Positions 53,265 to 61,517 of a stretch of DNA of 64,000 nt are shown here, one piece after another; the stretch's first letter is position 1; every line of letters starts with the position of its first letter. The DNA comes from Thermoplasmata archaeon (GTDB lineage: Archaea; Thermoplasmatota; Thermoplasmata; Lutacidiplasmatales; UBA184). The stretch spans positions 12,388 to 76,387 of the forward strand of contig JBAUAJ010000168.1 of assembly GCA_049675585.1 (NCBI GenBank). Direction: 5' to 3'. A program made the translations under genes and the position numbers. Below the pieces are notes generated by a model that worked only from the letters and a program-made list of their open reading frames with translations, was not told the origin of the DNA and made no database searches.

Positions 53265-56153
53265 CTAGCGGCCGCCCTGGTGCCGAAGGTAGAACGCGGG
53301 CCGCCCCGGTCGCGCCCGTTCGCGCCGGTTCATCGGGTCGTGCGGCGCGGCGTCCGCTTCGGCGTGCACGGCGAGCGCGACGAAACCGAAACGTCGGGCG
53401 AGGTATCCCTCGGCTGCACGGAGGATCCCGGGTTCGTCGGTGGGGATTGCCGGTGCGGGTTCCGATCGCACGAGCGGAGCGACCCGGGAGACGTACTTCG
53501 GGATCTCCTTTCGGTACGCGGCGACCTCCGGGTGCCCGGCGGCGCGCTCCATCACCGCTCGGATCGGGATCGGCTCGGTCGGTGTGAGCGTATCGCGGAT
53601 CCACTCTTCCACGAGCCTCTTCCACGGGGCCGCGACGTAGAACGTCACTTCGTCGAGGGAGAGTTCCTTTCGCTCCGCCGAGAGGTGGGCGACCGCTCGA
53701 AGGTCCTCCTCCACGCGCGCGAGGTACTCCTCTCGCCGCTCCGCCTCGGGGGATCGCGCGAACTCTGTCGGGGACGGGAATGACGCGGTGGCGACCAGTC
53801 CGTTCGACCCGCCGCGGCCTAGCTCCTCGGCCAGATGCGGGGTGACGGGAGAAAGGAGGCGTACCCACGCCGCCGCGAGGCGACTGGTGGCGCGGCCCGG
53901 AACTCCTCCCCGCGCGTAGTATCGCTTCAGCAGCGTGGGGAGTGCGACGTACGTCGCCTCGGTGGCGTCGCGGAGATCGAGGGTGTCGTACGCGCTCTCG
54001 ATGCGGCGCAGGAGCGCGTGAACACCGGATTCGAGCCACGCGTCGAGGCCCGGCGGTCCGTCCGCGTCGCCCGCAGCTCCCGCAATCAGTCGCTCGATCT
54101 CGGAAAGTCGCTCCGCGGCCGCGGCCACGAGCCCCGAGTCCCACTCCGCGTCCTGGCCGGGCGAGGAGGAGATCAGGTAGTACAGGCGCAGCGCGTCGGG
54201 TCCCCAGTCGCCGATCGCGGTTCGGATCGGGGGGATCCGGCCGCCCTTGCTCGAGATCTCCTTCTTCGAGAGCTTGCTTCCCGCTGGCCCCGTGATCCAG
54301 TGCGTCACGAACACGCCGCGGGGGGCGAGCTCGGGCGGCAGCAGGAGCGCGTGGGTGTACAGAAAGACCGGGAAGTGGACCCGTTTGTGCTCCTTCCCCC
54401 CGATGTTAAAGTCGAGCGGGTACCAGAAGAGGAACTCCGCTCGCGCCTCGTCGAGGAGCGTCCGATCGAGCGTCGGCTCGCCGGGCCCCCGCCCGCGAAA
54501 CACGTAGTCGAAAAACGCGTCCGTGAGTGCGGTCACCGGGATCCGATGGGTCGCGACCATCCGGCGGACGACAAAGTAGGCCATGTAGAACGTCGAGTCC
54601 GCGATCGGCTCGATGACCCAGGTCGGGTCGAACGGGAACGGCGTTCCCAGCCATCGTCCGTGCCGGGTGCACGGCCGGTCCTCGAACCAATCGAGGATCG
54701 AGGAGAGCTCCGCCGCATACTCGGTCGGCCACGTCGCGAGCCGGGCGAGGGCGGAGCGCGTTTGGGCTTTCCACGCCGGGTCCCCGTAGTGGAGGAACCA
54801 CTGGTCCGGCACGCGGCGAATGACCACCGCATGCCCGTTGCGGCAGATCACCGGCTTCGAGAACTCCTGGAGAACGAAGCTCGTACCGCCCTGGGCGAGC
54901 TGTCCCTCGACCCGTTCGCGGGCGTCGCGCACGGGGACGCCCGCCAGCTCCGGAACGGTCATCCGGCCCCGGGTGAATTCGAGGCGATAGAGACGCTCGG
55001 TCGCCGTGTCGAGCGCCGCGCGGTCCGCGAGCCCTTGGGCTCCGGTCGCGCGGAGCGCGCGCTCGGCGGGGGATCCGGGCCCCTCGGCAAGCGGGCGATC
55101 CGAGGCCGGAAGGGAAGCGGGGTCCGGGATCTCGAGGAGGATCGGCGGGTCGGCGAGCTTCGATCGAACCTCGGCCGGGGCGTCACGGATCGCGGCCAGA
55201 TCGGCCGGTGCGTGCGCGGGGACGCTCATCACGACCCCGGTCCCGATCGCCGGGTCGACGACCGGGCTCGCGAGTATCGGGACCCGATCGCTCCGGACCG
55301 GTGACGTCACGTTCCGACCCACCAGCTCCTGCACCGGGACCTCGTGACCTACGGTTCCGCCGTGTTGCTCGACCAGGCGCTCGGCGGCCGCTCGCCCGAC
55401 GAGGTACGCCCGCTCCTGGTGATGCCAGACTACGAGCGAGCTTCCGGGCGCCAGCCAGAGGTTCGTCACGCCGTAGACGGTCTCCGGGCGGAGCGTCGCC
55501 GCGAGGAGGAATCGGCCGTCATCGAGTCGGAACGGGATCGTGACGAACCGTACGACGTCCGCATCTCCGCCGCTCGATAGGTCCGTCTCGGTGGCGTCGA
55601 CGGCGACCGGACCGCAGACCGGGCACACCGAGGCGAAGTGGGTGCCCTGCACGAGCGCCCCGGCCTCTCGGAGCGCCCGGAACTGCCATCGGATGAACGC
55701 TCGATAGTCCTCATCGACCGTGGTCAAGTAGGTGGTCGGATCGAACAGCACGCCCATGGCCCGCAGGATCTCCTGGTAGCGCCCGCCGAGGAACCGCGCC
55801 GCCGCCTCCGGATCTTCGAGACGCGACCATTCGTCCCGACTCACGTCCTCGTCGTCGAGCTGCGCGATCGTGGCCGGGTCGCGGTCCTTGATCTTCTGGG
55901 ACCAGGCGACCGCCGGGAGCCCCGACGCGTGGATCCCGAACGGGAACAGCACCTCCTCGCCGCGCATCCGGTGATACCGGTGGAGGGCGTCGGCGTAGGC
56001 GTACTGCCGGAGGTGGCCGATGTGGAGGAACCCGCTGGTCCCGGGGTACGCGACGACGGCGTAGAACTTTCGATGACCGGGGACCCTCCGACCCGTGGCG
56101 ATACCGGACCGGGCCCACTCCGCTTGCCAGAATTCGACTCGAGCGGGGTCCAT
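53265..56153 (-). CDS. leuS: leucine--tRNA ligase (archaeal type)
   Basis: YPGTSGFLHIGH (HIGH) and the KLSKKEIS (KMSKS-like) motif are present. 962 aa from ATG 56153, which lies 28 nt downstream of CTCAAATACC. Confidence 0.95.
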   Translation of the reverse strand: MDPARVEFWQAEWARSGIATGRRVPGHRKFYAVVAYPGTSGFLHIGHLRQYAYADALHRYHRMRGEEVLFPFGIHASGLPAVAWSQKIKDRDPATIAQLDDEDVSRDEWSRLEDPEAAARFLGGRYQEILRAMGVLFDPTTYLTTVDEDYRAFIRWQFRALREAGALVQGTHFASVCPVCGPVAVDATETDLSSGGDADVVRFVTIPFRLDDGRFLLAATLRPETVYGVTNLWLAPGSSLVVWHHQERAYLVGRAAAERLVEQHGGTVGHEVPVQELVGRNVTSPVRSDRVPILASPVVDPAIGTGVVMSVPAHAPADLAAIRDAPAEVRSKLADPPILLEIPDPASLPASDRPLAEGPGSPAERALRATGAQGLADRAALDTATERLYRLEFTRGRMTVPELAGVPVRDARERVEGQLAQGGTSFVLQEFSKPVICRNGHAVVIRRVPDQWFLHYGDPAWKAQTRSALARLATWPTEYAAELSSILDWFEDRPCTRHGRWLGTPFPFDPTWVIEPIADSTFYMAYFVVRRMVATHRIPVTALTDAFFDYVFRGRGPGEPTLDRTLLDEARAEFLFWYPLDFNIGGKEHKRVHFPVFLYTHALLLPPELAPRGVFVTHWITGPAGSKLSKKEISSKGGRIPPIRTAIGDWGPDALRLYYLISSSPGQDAEWDSGLVAAAAERLSEIERLIAGAAGDADGPPGLDAWLESGVHALLRRIESAYDTLDLRDATEATYVALPTLLKRYYARGGVPGRATSRLAAAWVRLLSPVTPHLAEELGRGGSNGLVATASFPSPTEFARSPEAERREEYLARVEEDLRAVAHLSAERKELSLDEVTFYVAAPWKRLVEEWIRDTLTPTEPIPIRAVMERAAGHPEVAAYRKEIPKYVSRVAPLVRSEPAPAIPTDEPGILRAAEGYLARRFGFVALAVHAEADAAPHDPMNRRERARPGRPAFYLRHQGGR

Positions 56154-56253
56154 GAGGGGCCATCGACGCGGGGGCGGTATTTGAGGGATGCTCGCCGCCG
56201 ACACCCCCGGTGGCAGGGAATGACTTTTCTCGGCCGGCCCCGTGCGAGGCGCG

Positions 56254-56883
56254 ATGCGCATCATCGAGGTGTTCCACTCGATCCAGGGGGAGGGACCCCT
56301 CACCGGGGTGCGCACGACGTTCGTTCGCACGGCCCGCTGCAATCTTCGCTGCGCCTGGTGCGACACCACCTACTCGTTCGGACCGGGCCGGGAGCGCTCG
56401 ATCCGTTCCCTGCTTCGAGAGGTCGCCCGCCATCGTACGCGGCACGTCTGCCTGACGGGAGGCGAGCCGTTGCTCCAGCGCGAATCGCCGGAGTTCGTGC
56501 GCGCACTCTCCGACCGGGGCGTCACGACGGTGATCGAGACGGGGGGATCGCTCGACGTGACGCCTTACCTCCCGATCCCCCGCGTGGTGCTGAGCGTCGA
56601 CGTGAAGTGCCCCTCCTCCCGCATGGAAGGCAAGAACCGCTGGCCGAACCTTCCGCTGCTTCGTCCGACCGACGTGGTGAAGTTCGTCATCGGCGATCGG
56701 AAGGACTACCTGTACGCGAAACGAACGCTCCGTAGCCATCCGTCCCGGGCGTCGACGGTGTTCCAGCCCGTCTGGGGCACGGACGCCGGGCGCCTCGCGG
56801 AGTGGGTTCTGGCCGACCGGCTCGACGTACGGGTCATGCTGCAGGAACACAAGGTGCTCTGGGGGGACGTCCGGGGGCGGTGA
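56254..56883 (+). CDS. queE: 7-carboxy-7-deazaguanine synthase (radical SAM)
   Basis: IEVFHSIQGEGPLTGVRTTFVRTARCNLRCAWCDT is present. ATG 56254 lies 27 nt downstream of a T-rich island. ATG 56242 is an alternative start. Confidence 0.85.
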   Translation: MRIIEVFHSIQGEGPLTGVRTTFVRTARCNLRCAWCDTTYSFGPGRERSIRSLLREVARHRTRHVCLTGGEPLLQRESPEFVRALSDRGVTTVIETGGSLDVTPYLPIPRVVLSVDVKCPSSRMEGKNRWPNLPLLRPTDVVKFVIGDRKDYLYAKRTLRSHPSRASTVFQPVWGTDAGRLAEWVLADRLDVRVMLQEHKVLWGDVRGR

Positions 56884-56950
56884 CCTCTCTCGGGCGTTCG
56901 CCCCGGGGGAATCCTAATGAAGCCGCGGCCCCCGTCCGTCCTCCCGGCCG

Positions 56951-58060
56951 ATGGGGGAGAGTCGCGTGTTGTTGAAGAGCCCCCCGGGCACCAATGGTTC
57001 GCTCTTTGGAAAGGCCAAAGGAATGGTGTTTCCGCGGCTGGTGCTGGTCGGTCATGGTGTCATCGATGACCTCCCGGAGACCTGCCGGCAGCTCGACTTC
57101 CCGCGGAGCGGCGCGGTCCTCACCGGCCCCCGGACGGCCGAGCTCGCGGGGCATCGGGCCGCGGCGATCCTGACCGCGAACGGCTACGAGGTCACGACGG
57201 TCATCGCCGGGGACGCGACCGGCGCGGAGGTCGACCGGGTCGGTGCGGAGCTCCACGGCAAGAACGTGAAATTCCTCGTCGGGGTCGGTGGTGGCAGCAA
57301 GATCGACATCACGAAGGTGCTCGCCGCGCGCCTCCGGATCCCGTTCCTGAGCCTGCCGACCTCCGCCGCCCACGATGGGATCTCCTCCCCGCGGGCGTCG
57401 CTGCACGGAGCGGAGACCGTCACGAGCACCGAGGCGGCGGTCCCGGTCGGGGTCATCGCCGATACGGCCGTCATCGTGCAGGCGCCGTTCCGGTTGCTCG
57501 CGGCGGGCTGCGCCGACGTCATCTCCAACACGACCGCGATCCTCGATTGGCGCCTCGCCGTCCGGTTGCGCAGCGAGGAGTTCTCCTCGACCGCCGCCAC
57601 GCTCAGCGAGTACGCCGCGCAGGAGGTGATCGACCACGCCGAGTCGATCAAGCCGAACCTCGAGGAGTCCGTCTGGATCGCGATCCGTCCGATCCTGGTC
57701 GCGGGGATCTCGATGAGCGTCGCCGGCTCCTCTCGCCCGTGTTCCGGGAGCGAGCACCTGTTCAGCCATGCCCTCGACCGGGTCGCGGCCCACCCGAGCC
57801 TCCACGGAGAGCAAGTCGGGGTCGGCGCGATCATGATGATGTACCTGCACGGCGGCGACTGGCGACGGATCAAGAACGCCCTCCTGACGATCGGCGCCCC
57901 GACGACGGCCCGGGAGCTCGGGATGACGAACGAGGAGATCGTCCGGGCGCTCGCTCTCGCGCATTCGATCCGACCCGACCGCTACACGATCCTCGGCGAC
58001 AACGGGCTCACGCGCGACGCCGCCGAACGACTGGCGACGGTGACCGGGGTGATCGGCTAA
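56951..58060 (+). CDS. egsA: NAD(P)-dependent sn-glycerol-1-phosphate dehydrogenase
   Basis: It belongs to the iron-ADH/DHQS superfamily. The archaeal G1PDH pattern is present: FPRLVLVGHGVIDDLPE, VLTGPRTAEL, GVGGGSKIDITK and SGSEHLFSHALD. The start could be up to 24 codons later. Confidence 0.85.
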   Translation: MGESRVLLKSPPGTNGSLFGKAKGMVFPRLVLVGHGVIDDLPETCRQLDFPRSGAVLTGPRTAELAGHRAAAILTANGYEVTTVIAGDATGAEVDRVGAELHGKNVKFLVGVGGGSKIDITKVLAARLRIPFLSLPTSAAHDGISSPRASLHGAETVTSTEAAVPVGVIADTAVIVQAPFRLLAAGCADVISNTTAILDWRLAVRLRSEEFSSTAATLSEYAAQEVIDHAESIKPNLEESVWIAIRPILVAGISMSVAGSSRPCSGSEHLFSHALDRVAAHPSLHGEQVGVGAIMMMYLHGGDWRRIKNALLTIGAPTTARELGMTNEEIVRALALAHSIRPDRYTILGDNGLTRDAAERLATVTGVIG

Positions 58061-58065
58061 CGAGC

Positions 58066-58494
58066 ATGCCCGAGATCACGCTCCTCGCGGTCGCCGAGTC
58101 GCATCCCGGATTCCAGTTCATCTATCAGGGAGGCGGCCCGCCGTGCCGGACGTGCCCGTTCCGGCATGCCTGCCTGACGCTCGATGCCGGGCGGAAGTAC
58201 GAGGTGGTGAAAGTGCGGGACGTCACGCACCCGTGCGCGCTCCAAGAGACGGACGCGCACGTGGTCGAAGTGAAGCCGGTCGCCCGCTCGCTCGTGATCG
58301 ATTCGCGCAGCGCGATCGTCGGGAGCCAGGTGGAGGTCGGCCGATTCGCCTGCCGCCGGCTGGACTGCCCGAATTGGACGATCTGCGCCGGCCCATCGCT
58401 TCCGACCAAGCAGCGCTACCGCATCGAGCGGGCCGATTCGGATCCCGCGGAGTGCCGGATCGGACGAACGTTGAAGCGGGTCGACGCGATCTAG
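58066..58494 (+). CDS. UPF0179-family Cys-rich archaeal protein
   Basis: 142 aa from ATG 58066. FIYQGGGPPCRTCPFRHAC...YEVVKVRDVTHPCAL resembles UPF0179. The family assignment is from memory and unverified. Confidence 0.65.
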   Translation: MPEITLLAVAESHPGFQFIYQGGGPPCRTCPFRHACLTLDAGRKYEVVKVRDVTHPCALQETDAHVVEVKPVARSLVIDSRSAIVGSQVEVGRFACRRLDCPNWTICAGPSLPTKQRYRIERADSDPAECRIGRTLKRVDAI

Positions 58495-58506
58495 AGCGCC
58501 GGATGC

Positions 58507-58614
58507 GGGGCTGTGGGGTAGCTACGGGATCGAGGACCGACCTCGTTCCGCTCTACTGGTCCATCCTTCGGGCTTTGGGAGCCCGGGACCCCGATTCAAA
58601 TTCGGGCAGCCCCA
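58507..58614 (+). tRNA. tRNA-Pro(UGG) with a roughly 33-nt insertion/intron in the D-loop
   Basis: The acceptor is GGGGCTG/CAGCCCC with discriminator A. U8 and A14 are present. The anticodon stem is CGGGC/GCCCG with loop TTTGGGA (TGG at 58576-78). The T-arm is CCCGA TTCAAAT TCGGG. Removing about 58523-58555 restores GGGGTAGCCTGGTCCATCC, a standard archaeal tRNA-Pro D-arm. The sequence was cross-checked against track ORF 58143..58655. Confidence 0.8.
58523..58556 (+). other. tRNA-Pro D-loop intron (junctions ambiguous by 1-2 nt)
   Basis: An internal helix pairs CGGGA (58525-29) with TTCCG (58546-50). A second helix pairs CGAGG (58531-35) with CCTCG (58541-45), with loop ACCGA. Only a relaxed BHB can be drawn: 3 of 4 central pairs, with bulges CTA and ACT. 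Confidence 0.6.
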
Positions 58615-58950
58615 TCCACGACCGCCGTTCTACCGGAGTTACGACCCGCACCTAGCGGCCGACCCGACCGACGGGCCCCGATGGGCCGGATGTCTGGGAC
58701 GTCGCTAGAGCGCGCCCGAGCCCGAAAAGGACGCGATCCCCGCCACGGCAATCCAGACGTTCTTCGAGACCGTCCGCCCCCCGGCCATCTCGAGCCCCCG
58801 CGGTCGCGGGGAACGCTTCGCTCCGTTAATCCCTATCTCGAGAGGGTGGGGGAGATTCCCACGGGATTCGCCGCGGGTTCCCGGTCTCGGGCCACCGAAT
58901 GGCCCAGCGACTGCGAACGGGTAAATCCCTCCCGGAACCTACGCGGTCCC

Positions 58951-59772
58951 ATGGGGGCAGAGCCGATCGGGTCTCCCACCGATGAGCCGGGTACTCGCGC
59001 CGAAGCGCACCTAAAGTCGGCCTTGCTCTTCTGCGAGCAGTGCGGAGCGGACACACCGCACCGCATCTTTCGGGTGCGGAGGGGAGGGCCGGGGGGACGG
59101 GGCGCTCTCGAGGGGGTCGCCCGGTGTCGCCAGTGTCGGACCACTCACCCGTTCGAGTCCCGACCGTCCGTGCGCACACAGGTTTCCCTGATCGTCTCGG
59201 ACGGTCCGACATCGGGCCGGACGATCCTCTCGCTTCCCCCGGAGACTCGGCTCGAGGTCGGCGCCCCGCTCCCGGAACACGCCGAGCCGCTCATCGTCCG
59301 GCGGATCGACCCGAGGAGCGGATCGGTCCGTAGCGGAGCCCCCGCCCGAGAGGTCGCGACCGTCTGGGCTACCCGCGACGTCGGGGCCATCGTCAAGGTA
59401 TCGATCATCGAGGGACGCTTGACCCGCCCCGGCCGGATCGTGGTCCCCCCGGAGACCGTCCTCGAGGTGGGGGGCTTCTTTACCGTCGACCGGGAGCAGT
59501 TCTCGATCTCCGCGCTGCGTGCCCGCGGAAAGACATGGCGCCTCCCTGGGGATGCGTTCCCCGCGGGGGAGGTGCAACGGATCTACGGACGGCGGACCGA
59601 AACGCCGCCCGCCGGAAGGAGCGACTGGAGGAGCGACCGGTCGATCCCGAGCTCGCGCACGAGCTCTTCCTCGCGGGCCGAACGTTCCCGTTCCTCGCCC
59701 GGGGTCACGAGGACCCGCACGTCCCCTCGGGCGCGCACGGCGCTCTCGGGAGCGGCGGTCCAGCGCTCCTGA
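58951..59772 (+). CDS. zinc-ribbon protein (CxxC...CxxC) of a conserved archaeal type, with a long low-complexity C-terminal extension
   Basis: It contains FCEQCG...CRQCR, followed by a beta-rich domain ending VQRIYGRR. GTAAAT lies 25-29 nt upstream of ATG 58951. The last roughly 60 aa are Ser/Arg-rich and antisense to the NFACT gene. It resembles the haloarchaeal HVO_0476-type zinc-finger family, an assignment from memory that is unverified. Confidence 0.6.
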   Translation: MGAEPIGSPTDEPGTRAEAHLKSALLFCEQCGADTPHRIFRVRRGGPGGRGALEGVARCRQCRTTHPFESRPSVRTQVSLIVSDGPTSGRTILSLPPETRLEVGAPLPEHAEPLIVRRIDPRSGSVRSGAPAREVATVWATRDVGAIVKVSIIEGRLTRPGRIVVPPETVLEVGGFFTVDREQFSISALRARGKTWRLPGDAFPAGEVQRIYGRRTETPPAGRSDWRSDRSIPSSRTSSSSRAERSRSSPGVTRTRTSPRARTALSGAAVQRS

Positions 59773-61466
59773 TCCTGGAATCGGATCGTTCCCAGCGCGA
59801 GCTCGAGCGGAGCGTCGCGTACGAAGTGCTTGGTCCCGTGGATCACCCACGCCCCGCGGGCGACGAACTCCCCGGAGGCCCCCGTCTTCGACACCTGCTC
59901 GGGAGTCGCCCAGAACGCCGTCCCGCTGGCGTACCCGGCCCGCCACGCCTTCGAGTAGCAGACCGCCCACTGGCACGCTTCGCGAAGGCTCGACTCGGGG
60001 ATCTCCGGATTCTCGGTACGCCGCTTGACGATCACGCTCGCCGCACCGTGCAGGTCGGCGTGGACGTAGATGTCGCCGGCCTTCAAGTTCCGCCGGACGA
60101 TGAGGTCGTTCGAGGAGGCGTCCCGACCGGCGATCGCGATCGCCCCGTCCGCCGTGATGAACCAGCGGTACCTCTCGAACCAGAACGGTTTCCGGGCGGG
60201 TCCGCTCGCCGCGGCCCGGGCGGGACGAGGGGCCGACCGGGGGCGGGCCTGACGGCCCTCCGTCTCGGCGAGCGCGATGCGCGCTCCGTCCCGCTTTTCG
60301 GCGAGCCGTTTCGCCTCATCGTACAACAGCTGCGCCGCACGACGCGGAGTGCCGGCCCGCGGCAGGGAGACCACTCGCTCCCCGAGCCGCACGGTCACCG
60401 ACTCCTCGGAGGAAGCGGCCGTCCGTGCGGCCTCCAGGGCCGCCTCCGCGGTCGGGTATTCCGACAGGATCGCATCGGCATCCTCCCGCCGGAGCCGGAT
60501 CGCCTCCTCGAGCTCCGCGACGGCCAGCCGTTGTCGGGCCGACTGACGTTCGAGCTCCTGACGCTCGTTCTGCTCGGCCGTCTCCCGCTCGGTCGGAACG
60601 GGCGCCACCGCGGTCGGGAAGAACGTCGCGGCGGCATCGGAGAACGTCGGGCGGAGTTGCTCGTCGATCTCCGTCGGCCACCGGCGGGACCGGTACGGTG
60701 TGGCGTCGACCCACGTCGCCCCACGACGGTACAGGTATCCTCGAGGTTGGTCCCCGATCTCCGCGAGCAGCTCATCGAGCAGCCGTCGCAGGACCGGCGC
60801 CGCCTCGGGCACGCTCGCCGCGGGCTCGGAACCCGAGAGTCCGCCCCGCACGATCACTTCCTCCGCGACAGGCCCGCCGAGGGAGAGACGGGCCGCGAGA
60901 GTGCTGGCGAGATCGTTGCGCGACCGACGCAACGCCGCCTCGATCTCGGCTGTCCCCATCGACCAGGGGTCGGCCCGGGAAGGCGGCCGAGCGTAGTCGG
61001 AGCCGACGCGAACGGTCCGATGGGCCCAGGTTCGGGGCCGGGTCACCGCCGCGATCTTGGCCCCGCGGGCGATCACGAGGTTCCCCGTGCCGAAGAACTC
61101 GACCGCCAGTCGGAGTCCGTCGGGCTCGTCGGACCGGGAGAGCGCGATCTCGAGGTACCGCTCGGCGCCGGGATCCGCGATCGACCGGATCGTCGACCCC
61201 GCCAGCAGCCGGCGGAGCTCCCGCGCCACGGGCGACAGCTCTTCGGTGTGCTCCCGGGTCCCGTCGAGGAGGGCCCCGAACCGACCGGGAAGGAGCAGGA
61301 GCTCCCGCTTGGCCGATCCGGGCGGATGCAAGGTGAGCGACCATCCGCCGCCCGGTATATCGAACGCCTTTTCGACGCGCGCCGGGCCGAGCTGGCGGAT
61401 CTCCCGGACGAGCGCGAGGGCGTCGAGCGACGTGAACCGGTCCTTGGGCGTCGGTTCGACCGGCAT
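59583..61466 (-). CDS. NFACT-family protein (Rqc2/FbpA homologue, ribosome quality control)
   Basis: It has an NFACT-N-like N-terminus (FTSLDALALVREIRQL...), a central coiled coil, and an NFACT-R/DUF814 region (FWFERYRWFITADGAIAIAGRDASSNDLIVRR...GDIYVHADLHGAASVIV). GGGAGGGA lies 4 nt upstream of ATG 61466. Confidence 0.8.
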   Translation of the reverse strand: MPVEPTPKDRFTSLDALALVREIRQLGPARVEKAFDIPGGGWSLTLHPPGSAKRELLLLPGRFGALLDGTREHTEELSPVARELRRLLAGSTIRSIADPGAERYLEIALSRSDEPDGLRLAVEFFGTGNLVIARGAKIAAVTRPRTWAHRTVRVGSDYARPPSRADPWSMGTAEIEAALRRSRNDLASTLAARLSLGGPVAEEVIVRGGLSGSEPAASVPEAAPVLRRLLDELLAEIGDQPRGYLYRRGATWVDATPYRSRRWPTEIDEQLRPTFSDAAATFFPTAVAPVPTERETAEQNERQELERQSARQRLAVAELEEAIRLRREDADAILSEYPTAEAALEAARTAASSEESVTVRLGERVVSLPRAGTPRRAAQLLYDEAKRLAEKRDGARIALAETEGRQARPRSAPRPARAAASGPARKPFWFERYRWFITADGAIAIAGRDASSNDLIVRRNLKAGDIYVHADLHGAASVIVKRRTENPEIPESSLREACQWAVCYSKAWRAGYASGTAFWATPEQVSKTGASGEFVARGAWVIHGTKHFVRDAPLELALGTIRFQDQERWTAAPESAVRARGDVRVLVTPGEERERSAREEELVRELGIDRSLLQSLLPAGGVSVRRP

Positions 61467-61517
61467 CGCTTCCCTCCCGCCGAGAGCAGACGACCGGTCG
61501 GCACGCATTAAGAGTTC

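Noticed and set aside
58615-58950. Possibility that the long spacer is SRP RNA or RNase P RNA
   Set aside because: I could not find the conserved SRP helix-8 GGAA/AGCA-type motifs, nor the RNase P GGAAAGTCC or ACAGAA-type conserved regions. It is kept only as an unclassified candidate ncRNA.
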